From positions 310,001 through 374,000 of the forward strand of contig NW_003314362.1 of NCBI RefSeq assembly GCF_000143415.4: DNA of 64,000 nt, given 5' to 3'. Under the pieces are notes generated by a model, which had not been told where the DNA came from, made no database searches, and saw only the letters and a list, made by a program, of their open reading frames with translations. Below are positions 25,306 through 37,188 of this stretch, piece by piece. Position 1 is the first letter of the stretch. Each line of letters begins with the position of its first letter. A program made the position numbers and the translations under genes. Source of the stretch: Selaginella moellendorffii (Eukaryota > Plantae > Lycopodiophyta).

Positions 25306-28300
25306 TTAACGGCGCCTTTTCTTCTTTCGACCCAGCTGACCGGACTTGGCAGCCGCCTCTTGTTCTTCCAAGAATGCCATGGCTTTCTTGTACTTGTCTT
25401 CACGCTCCTGCTCGGCCTCGGCTCGTTCTTTCAGTTTCTCTGCAGCCAGGAACTGGTTGTCTTTCCTCAGCTCCCGAGCCGCGCCTTTGGCTTCGCGTTG
25501 GATTTGGCGCCGCAGCTTCTTCCTCTCCGCCCTGTCTCGATCAATATCGTAGTCTCTTCCCTTGGCAAAACTGAGAAAGAAGAAGAATACCACCACGTTA
25601 GAAGAACAATCGTAAAGCGGCGACTACGTACTCTTCCTCAAACTTCGGGTTGAACTGCTTGATGGGAGTGGGTTTCTTCAGCCGCAATTGCAAAGGCTGC
25701 CGAAACTTTTCCAGCTCCTCTACTGTCTTATGGATGAGCTCGAGCGTGTCAATTATGGATGCCTTTAAACTCTTTGGGAGGAGCTTTGAGGAGGACAGCT
25801 CCAGCAGTACAGGAACGAACTCCCTGAGGATCTCGGGACTAGACGGTAAGTCGTTGTAAATCGTTACAAATCCTTTCAATGTTTGGATGGAAGCATTCAG
25901 GATGCCACACCTGAATTTACCAGAACCGAGTTATTAAACGACCTCAGCGGTATAACCAAACCTGAAGGAGTCCGTGTCAAAGATATCCAAATCGCCATCT
26001 GCCGCCACTAACTCTGGGAAGTCCAGGTCGCAAAAGCTTTTATCAGAATTGTCGTCCTTGAGAAGTAACCAAGGCCGACTTCCAACCAGCTCTCTCAAAA
26101 ATTGTGGACCCTGGAAACCACCAGCTTACTTCAGAAAAAGAAAATGGTCATACAAATTTACCGTTTTTCTAGCCGCGCTACTATCTGGCAGGCCCGTCGA
26201 CAGCAGCACCAACAAAAAGCTCAAAGCCTCTGGGAAAAATCTCCGAGCATGTTTCATGATCTATCAAACAAAAGCAGGTTAAAGCAATAAAAATAAAAGA
26301 TGAAAAAATCGGTGCTCACTGAAAGTGCCAATGAGCATAGAAAGGCTCCAACTCCAACATCTCGGCCTGAAGTAACTGGACAACGCATCAAATACTCTCC
26401 CAACAAAAGTACCAATGGTGTCATGACTACATGCCGAAAGTCCGATCCAGGAAATATAAGAGACCAAAGCCTCATCAAGAGAAGAGTTCTCACTGACGGC
26501 CAGCAGCTGCTTTCATCTCCATCTACACTGGATTAAGGTCGAAGTTAAAACAAAAATGGACATTGAAACGCGCAAGAGCAGCATACCTTTGCTTCGTAGC
26601 TTGTCCGACAAAACTTGTTGCATGCGTATCAGCCTTTCACGTGCACACGCAGCTGCGTAATAAGGCGTCTCTAAACTCATTTCGATCAACGGCTTCGTTA
26701 GCATGTTGATTCTATCCAGAGGTAACGGTTTCGCTCCCGCCAAATCCGAAATGTACAACACCAAAACATTGTAGAACACCTGGAGCAGAAAAGATTAGTC
26801 AGGGAGAAACAGAAAAACCAAGATAAACAAGTACCTGCATCTTTTTCCTGTTTTCGGCCGCTAGACTGATGGCATTACAAGCTCTGATCCGTTGAATTGC
26901 CACCCCTAGCTCCTCAGTCGACCTGTGTTTAACCAGCCCCAGGAGCTGTTCGAGAGTCTGAGGTGCGTTGATAACGAACGGAAGCTCACGGGACTCTTCT
27001 ATATCTTTGTCGTCACTCTCGTCTTCCTTACGCAACGTAGATTTCACCTCCTCGATTAGCTCCTCCCTCGTGGACTCCTCACTGCCTGATGTTCCGCTGT
27101 CTTCACCTTGTACAGCTTCATCGAAGTCAGTGTCTTCTTCATCATCGTCGTCGCCATTTTCCTCATTGTCAGTATCGCTAGCATCTGGATTCTCAGCCTC
27201 AGTCCTGGCCATGACTTCGTCCACCCATCCCTTTTCTTGATACTCCTCTTCCAGAACAAAGTTTTCACCGAGATCATCACCAGATATCTCAGCACGCTTT
27301 CTCTTCTTCTTCCGCTTCGAACCTCCGTCGTCTTCGTCGGCCTCAGAGTCTGATTCCTGCGCTCCGGTCATTCTTTGTATCCGTTTTTTCTAAAGCACGC
27401 AAAAGTTTTGTCAGAAAGTCTACAGAACTTGGAAGATTCATTACGTGCCTCGAGCTCCTCTAGACGTTCTTTTTCCTCCTTTGCAATCTCTTCGGATGTC
27501 TTTAGCCTCTCCGAAGCCTGTGCGCGTATTTCAAAAGCCATCTCCTTCATCAGCTTGTCGTAGTCATCTGGTTTCTCCTGCACAAATATATAAGCCAAGT
27601 ATTGCAGGACAGTGTGTGAAGTACCTTCTCGGTATCTGCGTCAGAAGCTTTATCATTCTTAATCGAGCCTTTCGCCAAGAGAGCCTTCAAAGTATTAATC
27701 TTTTTGGGACGCATCAAAGAGAGCAGAGCTGGCGTTTCGGCCAAAACTTTAAAATCGCTGTCCAGCTTTTCTCTGAGATCAAGGTCGTCTTCTTTTTCTT
27801 TGGCTTTCACGGCCTGCAAATAAGCAAAGTTGAGTACGCCGGTGTATGGACCGACCAAATGAGCATACCTTGAAGTGCTTGCTTTTGGCAATAACTTCTT
27901 CCATAATTTCTTTCTTTGATCGTTTCTCCTGATACCAATCGCATCTTAAGAGTGAAATCACCTTGAAAGAAATATAGAAACTATCTGACCTTTCTTGCGG
28001 GATCAGCGTCCGTGAAACCACCTCCGAAATTGAGCTCTTTTTGTGCTTCGGCAACCTGAGGAAGCTCTTCTTCATCGTCTCCCGAAACATCTTCATTAAA
28101 GTCATCCAACATCGATAAAGCTGCTCCCTTGTGAGTAAGAAGATCTCCCTCTTCTTCTTCTTCTTCCTCAGCGTCGGGCAGTGCAAACTTACTCTTCCTC
28201 TGGAGTTGAGCCTACACGAAAGACCAACCAAGAGACTTAGTTTCTAGCAATAAAAAAAATTGCACCAGTCTTTCACGTTGAAACCGCACAATCGCCTTCT

Positions 28301-28620
28301 CATCCTCGCTCATCTCTTCGTCATTCTCTCCAAACCGACGATCAACGAAAGCATTGCTCTTGTGCCGCAGCTTATACTCCCGCAATATCGTCTTCTTCCG
28401 CTGCAAAACTTCCCCACAATCGGCTCCAAATCGAAAATGCATTGCATACGGGTACCTTCTCAATGCCGCGGGATCGCAACTCGCCAATCCTGCGCCCCTC
28501 GCCCTTCTGCTTCTTGCCGAGAATGTCAAATTTCCGCCGCGACCACAGCGTCTCGAAGAGACTGGGAGCAGCAGCAGCCGGACGAGGCGCAGCCTTGGCC
28601 GGGCGCTTCTTCTTGGCCAT
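25306..28620 (-). CDS. NOP14: Nucleolar protein 14 (SSU processome), multi-exon
   Basis: N-terminal FETLWSRRKFDILGKK, KSNAFVDRRFGE. Internal KPDDYDKLMKEMAFEIRAQASER, ELPFVINAP, FPGSDFRHVVMTP. C-terminal PIKQFNPKFEE, REAKGAARELRKDNQFL. Many ~50-60 bp GT-AG introns. Confidence 0.93.
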
Positions 28621-28625
28621 CGCTT

Positions 28626-28646
28626 AAACCCTAAACGTTTAGGGTT
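28626..28646. promoter_or_regulatory. Palindromic double telo-box between NOP14 and tRNA-Thr
   Basis: AAACCCTAAACGTTTAGGGTT contains a perfect 20-bp palindrome (28627-28646) a few bp upstream of the NOP14 ATG. Telo-boxes typify plant ribosome-biogenesis genes. Confidence 0.65.
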
Positions 28647-28712
28647 CTAGCATCTATTAATTTTTATCGAGGTACATATTAAAGACCTCTAAGCCATGGT
28701 TATAAATGTTAA

Positions 28713-28786
28713 GCTTTCATAGCTCAGTTGGTCAGAGCACCCGTTTAGTAAGCGGGAGGTCCCGAGTTCAACTCTCGGTGAAAGCA
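28713..28786 (+). tRNA. trnT-AGU: tRNA-Thr (anticodon AGT)
   Basis: GCTTTCATAGCTCAGTTGGTCAGAGCACCCGTTTAGTAAGCGGGAGGTCCCGAGTTCAACTCTCGGTGAAAGCA is an intact cloverleaf. It has the same 5' flank CATGGTTATAAATGTTAA as the copy at 3612. Confidence 0.96.
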
Positions 28787-28806
28787 GCTTGCCCTCTAAG
28801 GCGAGT

Positions 28807-29391
28807 GAGCTTAGCCAGCTTCGATAATGCGGGAAAGAAGAAACTCATTATCAAAGGTATAGCGTTTGGCTTCACCCCTTCCATATCTTCGCAGCTCAAA
28901 CACTTCTCTTCAGTTGCTGGCACCGGGAAGCAACAGTCGAGGAGCGTGACGAAAGTTACTCAATCCGGCTGGAAACCTTCTAAATCCATCTGCTGAAACA
29001 GCTCCCAAGTGCCTTGAATTCCAGGCGGCGAGGATGGCGGAGATTGTAGTGGCGCTGGGCGTCACCGCCGCCTCGAGGAGCATGATCCGGAAGATCCCAA
29101 ATGCCCGGGTGTGATGCCCGTTCTGGGCATATGCGGAGATCATCGCGTTCCACGCGATTACATCCCTCTCGCCCATCGCCTGGAAGATCTCCTCAGCTTG
29201 AACTACGCAGCCGCAGCTAGCATACATCCTGAGCAGCGCGGTTTCCAGCACCACCAGATTCCCTCCAAGATCGTGAATACATGCCGAGCAGCGAGATCGC
29301 CACCGATGGATTGTGGTGGCGCTGGGCGTCACCGCCGCCTCGAGGAGCATGATCCGGAAGATCCCAAATGCCCGGGTGTGATGCCCGGTGT
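28807..29391 (-). pseudogene. Mosaic of inverted fragments of both PPR genes
   Basis: 28807-28848 ~ rc 2594-2634; 28851-28910 ~ rc 2481-2547; 28930-29023 ~ rc 2143-2237; 29023-29272 ~ rc 29967-30217; 29308-29391 ~ rc 30115-30198. Confidence 0.9.
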
Positions 29392-29514
29392 GGAAAATAG
29401 ATCTACCCCCTGAGCTTCTCTCCAAAGCCCATGGTTGGCATCATTCTTGACAATGATAAAATTTAAATCGAATCTTGACTAGAACTAGTTTTGGACAAAC
29501 ACAAAGATGCATGA

Positions 29515-32019
29515 ATGCGTGGGGGCATTTTGGCGGAGCTCGCTAGAGTGGATTGCCAAGCCGGCTACGCATCGCTCCTCCAGAGATGCGCGGATCCCAG
29601 GCTCTTGCCCGAGGCCAAGCTCCTCCACTCCCACATCGCTCGCCATCCCCTCCACTCGCGCAGCCTCCTCCTCCGCAACCACATCGTCCACGCCTACGCC
29701 AGATGCGGCAGCCTCGCCGACGCGCGCGCCGCCTTCGATGCCATCCCCGCCAAGAACGTCTTCTCCTGGAGCATCATCATCGCTGCCTACACCCGCCATG
29801 GCCACCACCGCCAAGCTCTGGATCTCTTCGACCAAATGGAGGCGAATCCCAGCGCTGCGCCGCCGCCCAATGCCTTCGTTCTCTCCACGGCCCTCGGCGC
29901 CTGCTCGGCGCTGCGCGATCTGGGCCGCGGCGAGCGCATCCACTCGCGGATCCAGCAGCGGCGGAGCGATCTTGGAGGGAATATGGTGGTGCTGGAAACC
30001 GCTCTGCTCAGGATGTATGCTAGCTGCGGCTGCGTAGTCCAAGCGGAGGAGATCTTCCAGGCGATGGGCGAGAGGGATGTAATCGCGTGGAACGCGATGA
30101 TCTCCGCATATGCCCACACCGGGCATCACACCCGGGCATTTGGGATTTTCCGGATCATGCTCCTCGAGGCGGCGGTGACGCCCAGCGCCGCTACAATCTC
30201 CGCCATCCTCGCCGCCTGCCTCGATCTGGGATCCGGGAGGAGGATCCACTGCTTAGCGGCATCGATCGGGGTGGAGTCCCATCCATCGGTGGCGATCTCG
30301 CTGCTGGGCATGTACTCGCGATGCAGTAGCTCCATCACCAGCGCTAGAGCGCTGTTCTTGGGCATGGAGAGGAAGAGCCTGGTGGCGTGGAACACGATGA
30401 TCGCGGCGTGTGCGCAGAGAGGTCTAGCGGCAGAGGCCCAGGAGCTGTTCAAGGCCATGGATGTGGAGCCGGATGGATTCACTTTCGCGAGCTTGCTGGC
30501 GGTGTGCTGCGATCTAGACCTCGGGCGGCGCCTCCACGCCGGGATTGCCACGGCGCGCCTCGCTTCGCGCTTGATCGTGGACACGGCGCTGGTGGGCATG
30601 TATTCGCGGTGTGGGAGCTTGGGCGATGCTGCGGCTGTGTTTGAGGGAATGGAGGATCGCGACACAGTCGCGTGGAATGCCATGATCGCGGCATTTGCCG
30701 AGGCGAGAGATCTAGATCGGGCTATGGAGTGCTACCAGAGAATGCTGGATCGATCCACTTGTGAGCCCAATGGGATCACGTATGCCACCCTTCTCGCTGC
30801 TTGCCGCGATCGAGGTGATCTTGGCCATGGCCGGCGCCTTTTCAAGGATGCCCAGGATCGAGGGCTCTATCCCGATCGATTCGTGCAAAGCGCGGCGGTG
30901 GCGATGCTCGCGCGGTGTGGCGCGATCTGCGAGGCCAGGAAATTGCTGCGGGAGGGCAAGATCAGGGACGTGGAGGCCTGGAACGCGATGATCTCGGCTT
31001 ATGCCCAGATGGGTCATTTGCGCGAGGCTCTGGGAATCTACCGGGAGATGGAACACGACGGCTCCAGCAGCCCCGATCTCTTCACCTTTGCAAGCGCTCT
31101 AGCTGCTGCAGCTGGGCTTGGAGATCTGGACACCGGGAAGGCCATCCACGAGAGAATGGCGGCCGAAAGATCGCTCAAGCTCGATGTCTTCGCCGCAAAC
31201 GCGCTGCTCACCATGTTCTCCAAGTGTGGCAGCTTGGGCGATGCCAAGCTCGTGTTTGATCGCATCCCGGACAAGGACGCAGTGTCCTGGAACTCGATGA
31301 TCTCGGCCTACGCCCACCACGGCCGCTACAAAGACGCCATCGCCACGTACCGCGCCATGGACTGTCGCCCGGACGAGGCCACCATCGTGAGCGCCCTCGC
31401 GGCAGCGTCGGCTCTCGCGGATCTAGACGAAGGAGCTGCCATCCACGCCCGAGCTCTCGAGCTCGGGATCGCCACTCCTGCGGTGGAGTCCACGCTCGCG
31501 AGCATGCACGCCAAGTGTGGGAGCTTGGACGCGGCCATGGCGCTCTTCGAGAAGAACCGCGAGAAGGATCTAGTCTCCTGGAACGCGATGGTGGCAGCGT
31601 ACGCGCAGCACGGAGATGGCTCCGAGGCGCTCGCGCTGATCCACCGGATGGAGCTGGAGGGGATCTCCCCGAATGGAGTGACGCTGTCCGGGGTGCTGGC
31701 GTCGTGCTCCCATGCCGGGCTGCTCGAGCGGGGGATGTTCTACGTGGGGTGGCTGAGCCGGGAGCACGGCGTGGCGGTGGAGAGTGAGCACTATCGGTTT
31801 GTAGTGGAGCTGCTCGGGCGGTGTGGGAGGCTGGGCGAGGCCGAGGCGGTGGTCCGCGGTATGCCGCTGGAGCCCGAGCCCGCGCTGTGGGTGACGCTGG
31901 TGGCCGCTTGCGTGCTCCACGAGGAGGTAAGCCGCGCGGACCGTGCCGCTGCGGGGTTGGATCCTGGCGACGCTGCGTCTTACGTGCTCCTCGCCAATGT
32001 ATACTCGGCTGGGATTTGA
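29515..32019 (+). CDS. PLS-class pentatricopeptide repeat protein ending in a partial E domain, no DYW
   Basis: 834-aa intronless ORF with repeated YARCGSL, VIAWNAMISAYA, PDGFTFASLL. End SCSHAGLLERG, HYRFVVELLGRCGRL, SYVLLANVYS. Confidence 0.93.
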   Translation: MRGGILAELARVDCQAGYASLLQRCADPRLLPEAKLLHSHIARHPLHSRSLLLRNHIVHAYARCGSLADARAAFDAIPAKNVFSWSIIIAAYTRHGHHRQALDLFDQMEANPSAAPPPNAFVLSTALGACSALRDLGRGERIHSRIQQRRSDLGGNMVVLETALLRMYASCGCVVQAEEIFQAMGERDVIAWNAMISAYAHTGHHTRAFGIFRIMLLEAAVTPSAATISAILAACLDLGSGRRIHCLAASIGVESHPSVAISLLGMYSRCSSSITSARALFLGMERKSLVAWNTMIAACAQRGLAAEAQELFKAMDVEPDGFTFASLLAVCCDLDLGRRLHAGIATARLASRLIVDTALVGMYSRCGSLGDAAAVFEGMEDRDTVAWNAMIAAFAEARDLDRAMECYQRMLDRSTCEPNGITYATLLAACRDRGDLGHGRRLFKDAQDRGLYPDRFVQSAAVAMLARCGAICEARKLLREGKIRDVEAWNAMISAYAQMGHLREALGIYREMEHDGSSSPDLFTFASALAAAAGLGDLDTGKAIHERMAAERSLKLDVFAANALLTMFSKCGSLGDAKLVFDRIPDKDAVSWNSMISAYAHHGRYKDAIATYRAMDCRPDEATIVSALAAASALADLDEGAAIHARALELGIATPAVESTLASMHAKCGSLDAAMALFEKNREKDLVSWNAMVAAYAQHGDGSEALALIHRMELEGISPNGVTLSGVLASCSHAGLLERGMFYVGWLSREHGVAVESEHYRFVVELLGRCGRLGEAEAVVRGMPLEPEPALWVTLVAACVLHEEVSRADRAAAGLDPGDAASYVLLANVYSAGI

Positions 32020-33994
32020 TATGTTGGCGGGAATTTTTGTAGTCGGTTAGAGTCTAGGCTGCGTTCCTGGATGCTGATCACCAAATACCACTTGGGAAGC
32101 GATGGTGAATTTTCAGCATCCAGGAACGCGTTCACTTGGAGTTCATGGCGAGGAGGTATATTTTCTTTTCTTGTCTCTGCCTCCATTGCAAAAAAAATTC
32201 TATCTGTGCAGATGTTTGGCTTTGTTGATCCTATGGTACAGTTTCTCCTAGGGGACTTGTTTCTGCTTCATTGAAAAAAGATGAGACAGAAGTCAATGTG
32301 CAAAGTTCACTGGAAGGAAATAGGAAGCGAGTGTTATCTCCGTGGCCAGGAGACAAGGGTGCGAACTAAAAACAGACAAGAAGTCGCAAAAGTGTCAAGG
32401 TCCTTCTAAGTTTTTATTATATTTTTCTTCTTTTGACAAACTTTTATGGACTTACTAGGTCCAGAAGATGTTTATGTCTCGGATTCGGGACCTGAGCTGG
32501 AGCCTAAGATTGTGTCCGATACACTGGTGGTACTTCACGTGAGAGAAGAAGAACCAGTCAGAAAGCATAATTCACCAAATCTAGAGCGTAAGTACAAATA
32601 GCTTCCTCATGAAATGCGGCGAGAATCTAATTCTTTTCTTTTACAAGTGCCAATCGACACCAGTCGGGATCCAGCTCAGAAGAAAATCAAAACAACTCGG
32701 ACTTGTTTGCCAGCATGATATCTCTGCTACTTCCAAATGCTGTCTCTCATGAAAAAACGTTCAAAAAGAAAACGCAGAAGTTGACAACGCGGAAAAACCT
32801 CAGCAAACAAAGAATATCGATGAGGACACACAATCAATGTGCGGGCGGAAACATAATCGGTACCACAGTCATCGTCAACAAGCTCACTAGCTCGAATGAG
32901 CTTGAACAAGTCACAATGCAGCCCAGCCAGCTCTTAGTAAAGCAACTGGAGGCTGTCAAAAGGATTCGACAATCACAACAGCCAATGCTTTGGACGACCA
33001 TTGTGCTGATTTGGACAACAAGCGGTACATTATCTCGGATACTCTTGAAAGGCTACCAGTGGAGCCTTCTGCTGAAGCTGAAGAAAAGGTCCAGGATCTC
33101 GGACATGTCGAATCACTTGATCCAGCGTGCGTGACGGATAGTATACTTCGGCCCCCAACAATGCTTTATACCTGAAGTCAATACCTTTCACAGGCGCTGG
33201 TTCCATTGAGCTACTTGATCTAGAAATTCCGTATGCGTGACGGACAGTCACACTTCGACCGAACAAGAAAAACAACAATGCTCTAGACCACAAGTCCGGT
33301 TCCATCAACGAACAAGCAGTATCTACTACGGCTCAAGCAAAGGATACGTGGACTAAACCGGAGCCTGCTCAAAATGATTCCGTAGCCAACGATTTGGCCA
33401 AGCAGTCGAGAATATATACTGGCTTTAGTTCCATCAGCCAGGCTCGGACATGCTAAAACCCGTCGCTGCTCTTGAGCACGAACTTTCAGTTCTTTGCGTG
33501 GCACTCAACGCAAGGAGTCAGGAGGTGGATGTTTGCGGCTCTTGTAGTAAAGCATGGTGTACAATTACATGCATACCGTGTTTTTGGAGCAGAGGCTTGT
33601 TCTGTGTTTCTTTCATCTTGGTACATTTGGCTTTATTTTCGCAGCTGCAAGCGGAGTTTGGAATTTAGCTCACTCCAGATGGCGACGGCCTTCTTTGTTC
33701 ATAGCCCCAAGCTTCCCATATAGTGCGGGTGGTTTAACAGTCTTTGGTCGGTGCTGGAGATGAAGGTTGTGTATCCAAGAATGGCGCATGGATTGAGGTA
33801 ATTGTTTTTCATGTTTGCATTAATCACGTCCTATTCAGGCATTCTCTGTATGAAACACCTGCAAGATATAGCTGGAAGACTTTTCAAAGCATTTTTAAAC
33901 CTAGCCATAGTTCCTCATGAAAAGCAAGGATGGCTAACTTTGATGCACACCTTTTTATCATTTTAAAATCTATTGTTCTTACAAGAAGAAAAAT

Positions 33995-36900
33995 AGGTTT
34001 CTTTGAGGGATTGAGTCAAAAACATATTTCACCGCACTGGGCGTTTGCTCGGAGCATTCCAGTCCACCCCATAACATCGTGCTGTGGCAGTCTCTCATAT
34101 ATGCCTCTCGCAAGATTAGTGCAGCCATGCTGCGCAAAAGAGTTGACAGGTGTTGCCCATGACACGGAATCTCTCTGCGACATCCTCGCAAAGAACTTTT
34201 GTGCTTGCATCCGCAGCGATCATAGAGTTCCGTAGAACTGGATTGCTCAGTATTTTTGTGTGTGAGAATCATGATCTCGTTCCATCCTGACAACAGCTTC
34301 TTTGCTTCGAGAATCACATTCCACGACACAGAGTCTCTCAGGCATGTTTTCAAATTGGTTTCTAGCCTCGCTAATCATTCCAGCTTTCGCAAATAGCATT
34401 CATGCAAACTACGTGCCACTCTGGAATTCGATAAAAAACAAGCCTCGCTACGTGAATTTGCCGGCTTTGGGCATTTGCTGAAAGAAGCGCATTCATTCTT
34501 CCCGGGCATGGACTCCAAGACGCGCTTGGCCTCGTGAAGCTGCTGGTTGTGAATGTAGGCCTGGAGTGTCGATTTCCCGCTGGGATTCCTGCGGTCCAGT
34601 GTCGATCGACAGAGGGATTCCATCCGTGGTCTCGAATGCGTCCAGAGCACGAGGGATTCTTCGCCAGGTGACGCCCAAGATCCAAGCGTTCCAGGCAACT
34701 ACATTCTCGCCTCAACCAGGCAGCCAGACATGCCCATCAAGCTGCAAGGAACGTAGAGATCACTGTGCTGCTTGGCTCTCTGCGAGGCTTGCGCTCCTTG
34801 ATTCCCTCCACTCGGGCACAATGGAGCTTGTTCCTGGAAGCCATTCTAGTCTTGCTCGCTTGCCTGAGCCCAGCAGCGCCTTCCATGGTTAGCACGCTTA
34901 TGGAACAATATCCTTGTGGAGCGGATCAACGCTGCCTTTGTGCCCGTGCTCGCAGTGCACAAAGGGCTCGAGTTTTAGTTCCATCTCGATAAACAATAAG
35001 TTTGTTTTCCAGGTGATTAGATTCTGGAGATAAACAATAGGCAGCGCAAAACTTTTGAGAAGAGAAAGCTGTTCGCTCTCCCAAGTCTTAGAATTTTCTC
35101 TCCCGGATCGACGACGCTGTCGAGAGAATCTGGAGCACAGCAGCGATTCTCGCAGTTTGAAACGAAAAAGTCGTGAAACTCGTCACGATATCTCAATAGC
35201 TTCTTGTTCTTGCTCAAGTTCCTCGAAAAACTCTTCGAGCGCTCTCTCGTCTCCTGCCCGAGTAGCAAGGCCGATGGCACGGGTCCATAGCCACCAGGCA
35301 GCGTACGTGTTGGCCAGAAGCATGCACGACTGCGTCTTCTTGTCTGGAGCGAAATGGTTGATGTAGTTTGTCACCCGCAGTGCTCGAGCGATGTCGCTGT
35401 GCGTTTTGCAGGCACTCGGCTCGAACGGCATGTTGCAAATCATATCCTCGGCGATTTCCAAACGCCCCGCTCTTCCCAGAACGTCGAGGAAGCAACCATA
35501 GCACTCGTTTGCAAAGCTAACTCCATAGTCCCCTATTATACAAAGAAAGCCAAACCAGTCAGTCAGCCCCACACCATCGCCACCGCGTCCTGCTCGCTCA
35601 GATCCATTGACAAGCTTAGCTCCCTAGCACTGAGCTTGAGCTTGCAAACTTCCTGCTCCAGCTTGTGTATCTCGTCCCTGTGAGCCCGCAAGTCCGCCTC
35701 GGACTTCCTCTGTATCCTTTCCACTCTTTGCTTGGCCGCCGCTTCGGCTTTCTCCCTGGCTAGTTTCTCGGCCTCCAAACGCAAGAGTGCCTCGTCTTTG
35801 GCCTTCTTGTCTTGCCTGCTCCTACCCTGTGTAGTGTTCATGGAAGTTAACACATGAATGCGAGGGAAGTATATGCGTACCTCGGCTTGGTGCTGGGACT
35901 CTTGTATTTCTGATGTATATGGTCAATCCACCTGTCGCGCAAACAGGTTTGCAGCTCTTTTCTCTCTTTACACTGCCTTTGTGTCCTTTCACTGCTCTTT
36001 TGATCCCTTTGACAGAGTGCCAACTCCGACATCCAGGTGACGGCGTCCTTGAATTGGACCCCCTGGAAGAGCGGCAGACGCCTTGGGAGCCTTCCACAAG
36101 ATGGAAGATTGAGATGTTTTCTCGTGGAACATTGCGACGGCGGCATTTGCCCGATGCGAGAAGCGGTGGCACTCATGCTTCTTCATTCAACGCCTCAGAT
36201 CCACGCGGTATTCGTCGCCGCTGGCCTAAGATAATGAGCTCGCATTTGCCCCACTGGTCTCCCACGAGGTTCTGCCAGCCAGCTCCTGCAAGCTTTCGCC
36301 CAGGATCTTGGGAAGCTGAAAGCTGAGGCACACAAGCAAGTACCGCAGAATCTCCATCGCCACAGTGCTGCTCAACGTCTACGGCAAGCTCACGCCACGA
36401 TCAGCAGCCGCACTTTCCATACATTTCCATGACGAGATTAGCGAGGCCGCTGGAGACGATTTCCTCCCAGAGATCTGTGCTCACCGACCGCATCCTTGAC
36501 AAGGCGTCCGCTCCTCATTCCTGCAAATCGGAAGGATAACTTACACACAAGCAATCGAGATTTATTCTTTCCTTTGCGTGATCTTATGCGTGAAAGACTT
36601 TCCCTTCGAAACTCCTGTGCAATGGAGCAAGCACCAAAGGTGTGTTAGAGGGAAACCAAAATCAACGTTTTCTGGTGATCTTCTCATTCCAGGTATCTCG
36701 CAGAGCAGCTCTTCCAAGGGCCCGTCTTTGTATGCGACTATCAAAACGCGTTTCATAGCGATGATGGCCAGATGGCGGCATGCTAGTGCGCGAGGCGGGA
36801 AAAGGCTCCCTCCCACAAGCTCGCCGACCTGGAAGAAAAACACGACTTTCAAGAGCTCTGGCTTTGATTCTCCTGGGGAGCCAGATGCAAAGGTATGGGG

Positions 36901-37077
36901 ATTTGAGAGTTTCGTAAGACCTCCGGGCCACTGAAATGGTGTGCTTGATTCTTGCAGGCTCGTATGTAGAAGAACTACATACGAGTGGTACTGGATTGGC
37001 GACGATGGGATCGTGAAGCACTCTGGATTCGGGCTGGGATTTGAGAGGATGAGTAGAGAACATCGGGGATGTGATAT
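33995..37077 (+). repeat. Copy 1 of a ~3.08-kb near-identical direct duplication carrying PPR pseudo-fragments and a coiled-coil (RF298/MIP1 RING-E3-like) fragment
   Basis: Matches 58273-61348 with scattered substitutions and one 7-bp indel. Fragments include QRDSVSWATPVNSFAQHG, ECYGCFLDVLGRAGRLEIAEDMICNMPFEP and EAEKLAREKAEAAAKQRVERIQRKSEADLRAHRDEIHKLEQE. Confidence 0.93.
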
Positions 37078-37188
37078 TTCCTGGAAAGGCCAATCAATGG
37101 ATCACAACGTTGACAAGAGTATATGCTGATAAGTCACCGTCACGAAAGCTGTCACAGGAATATTCTTTAGGAGATTTTCCTCATGGTA

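Noticed and set aside
917-31920. Numerous antisense or alternate-frame ORFs overlapping the PPR, NTPase and NOP14 genes
   Set aside because: Shadow ORFs of GC-rich coding sequence with no motifs.
32280-33900. Short ORFs/exon-like pieces downstream of PPR2 (also 57496-57969)
   Set aside because: No recognisable domain and no consistent gene model could be built.
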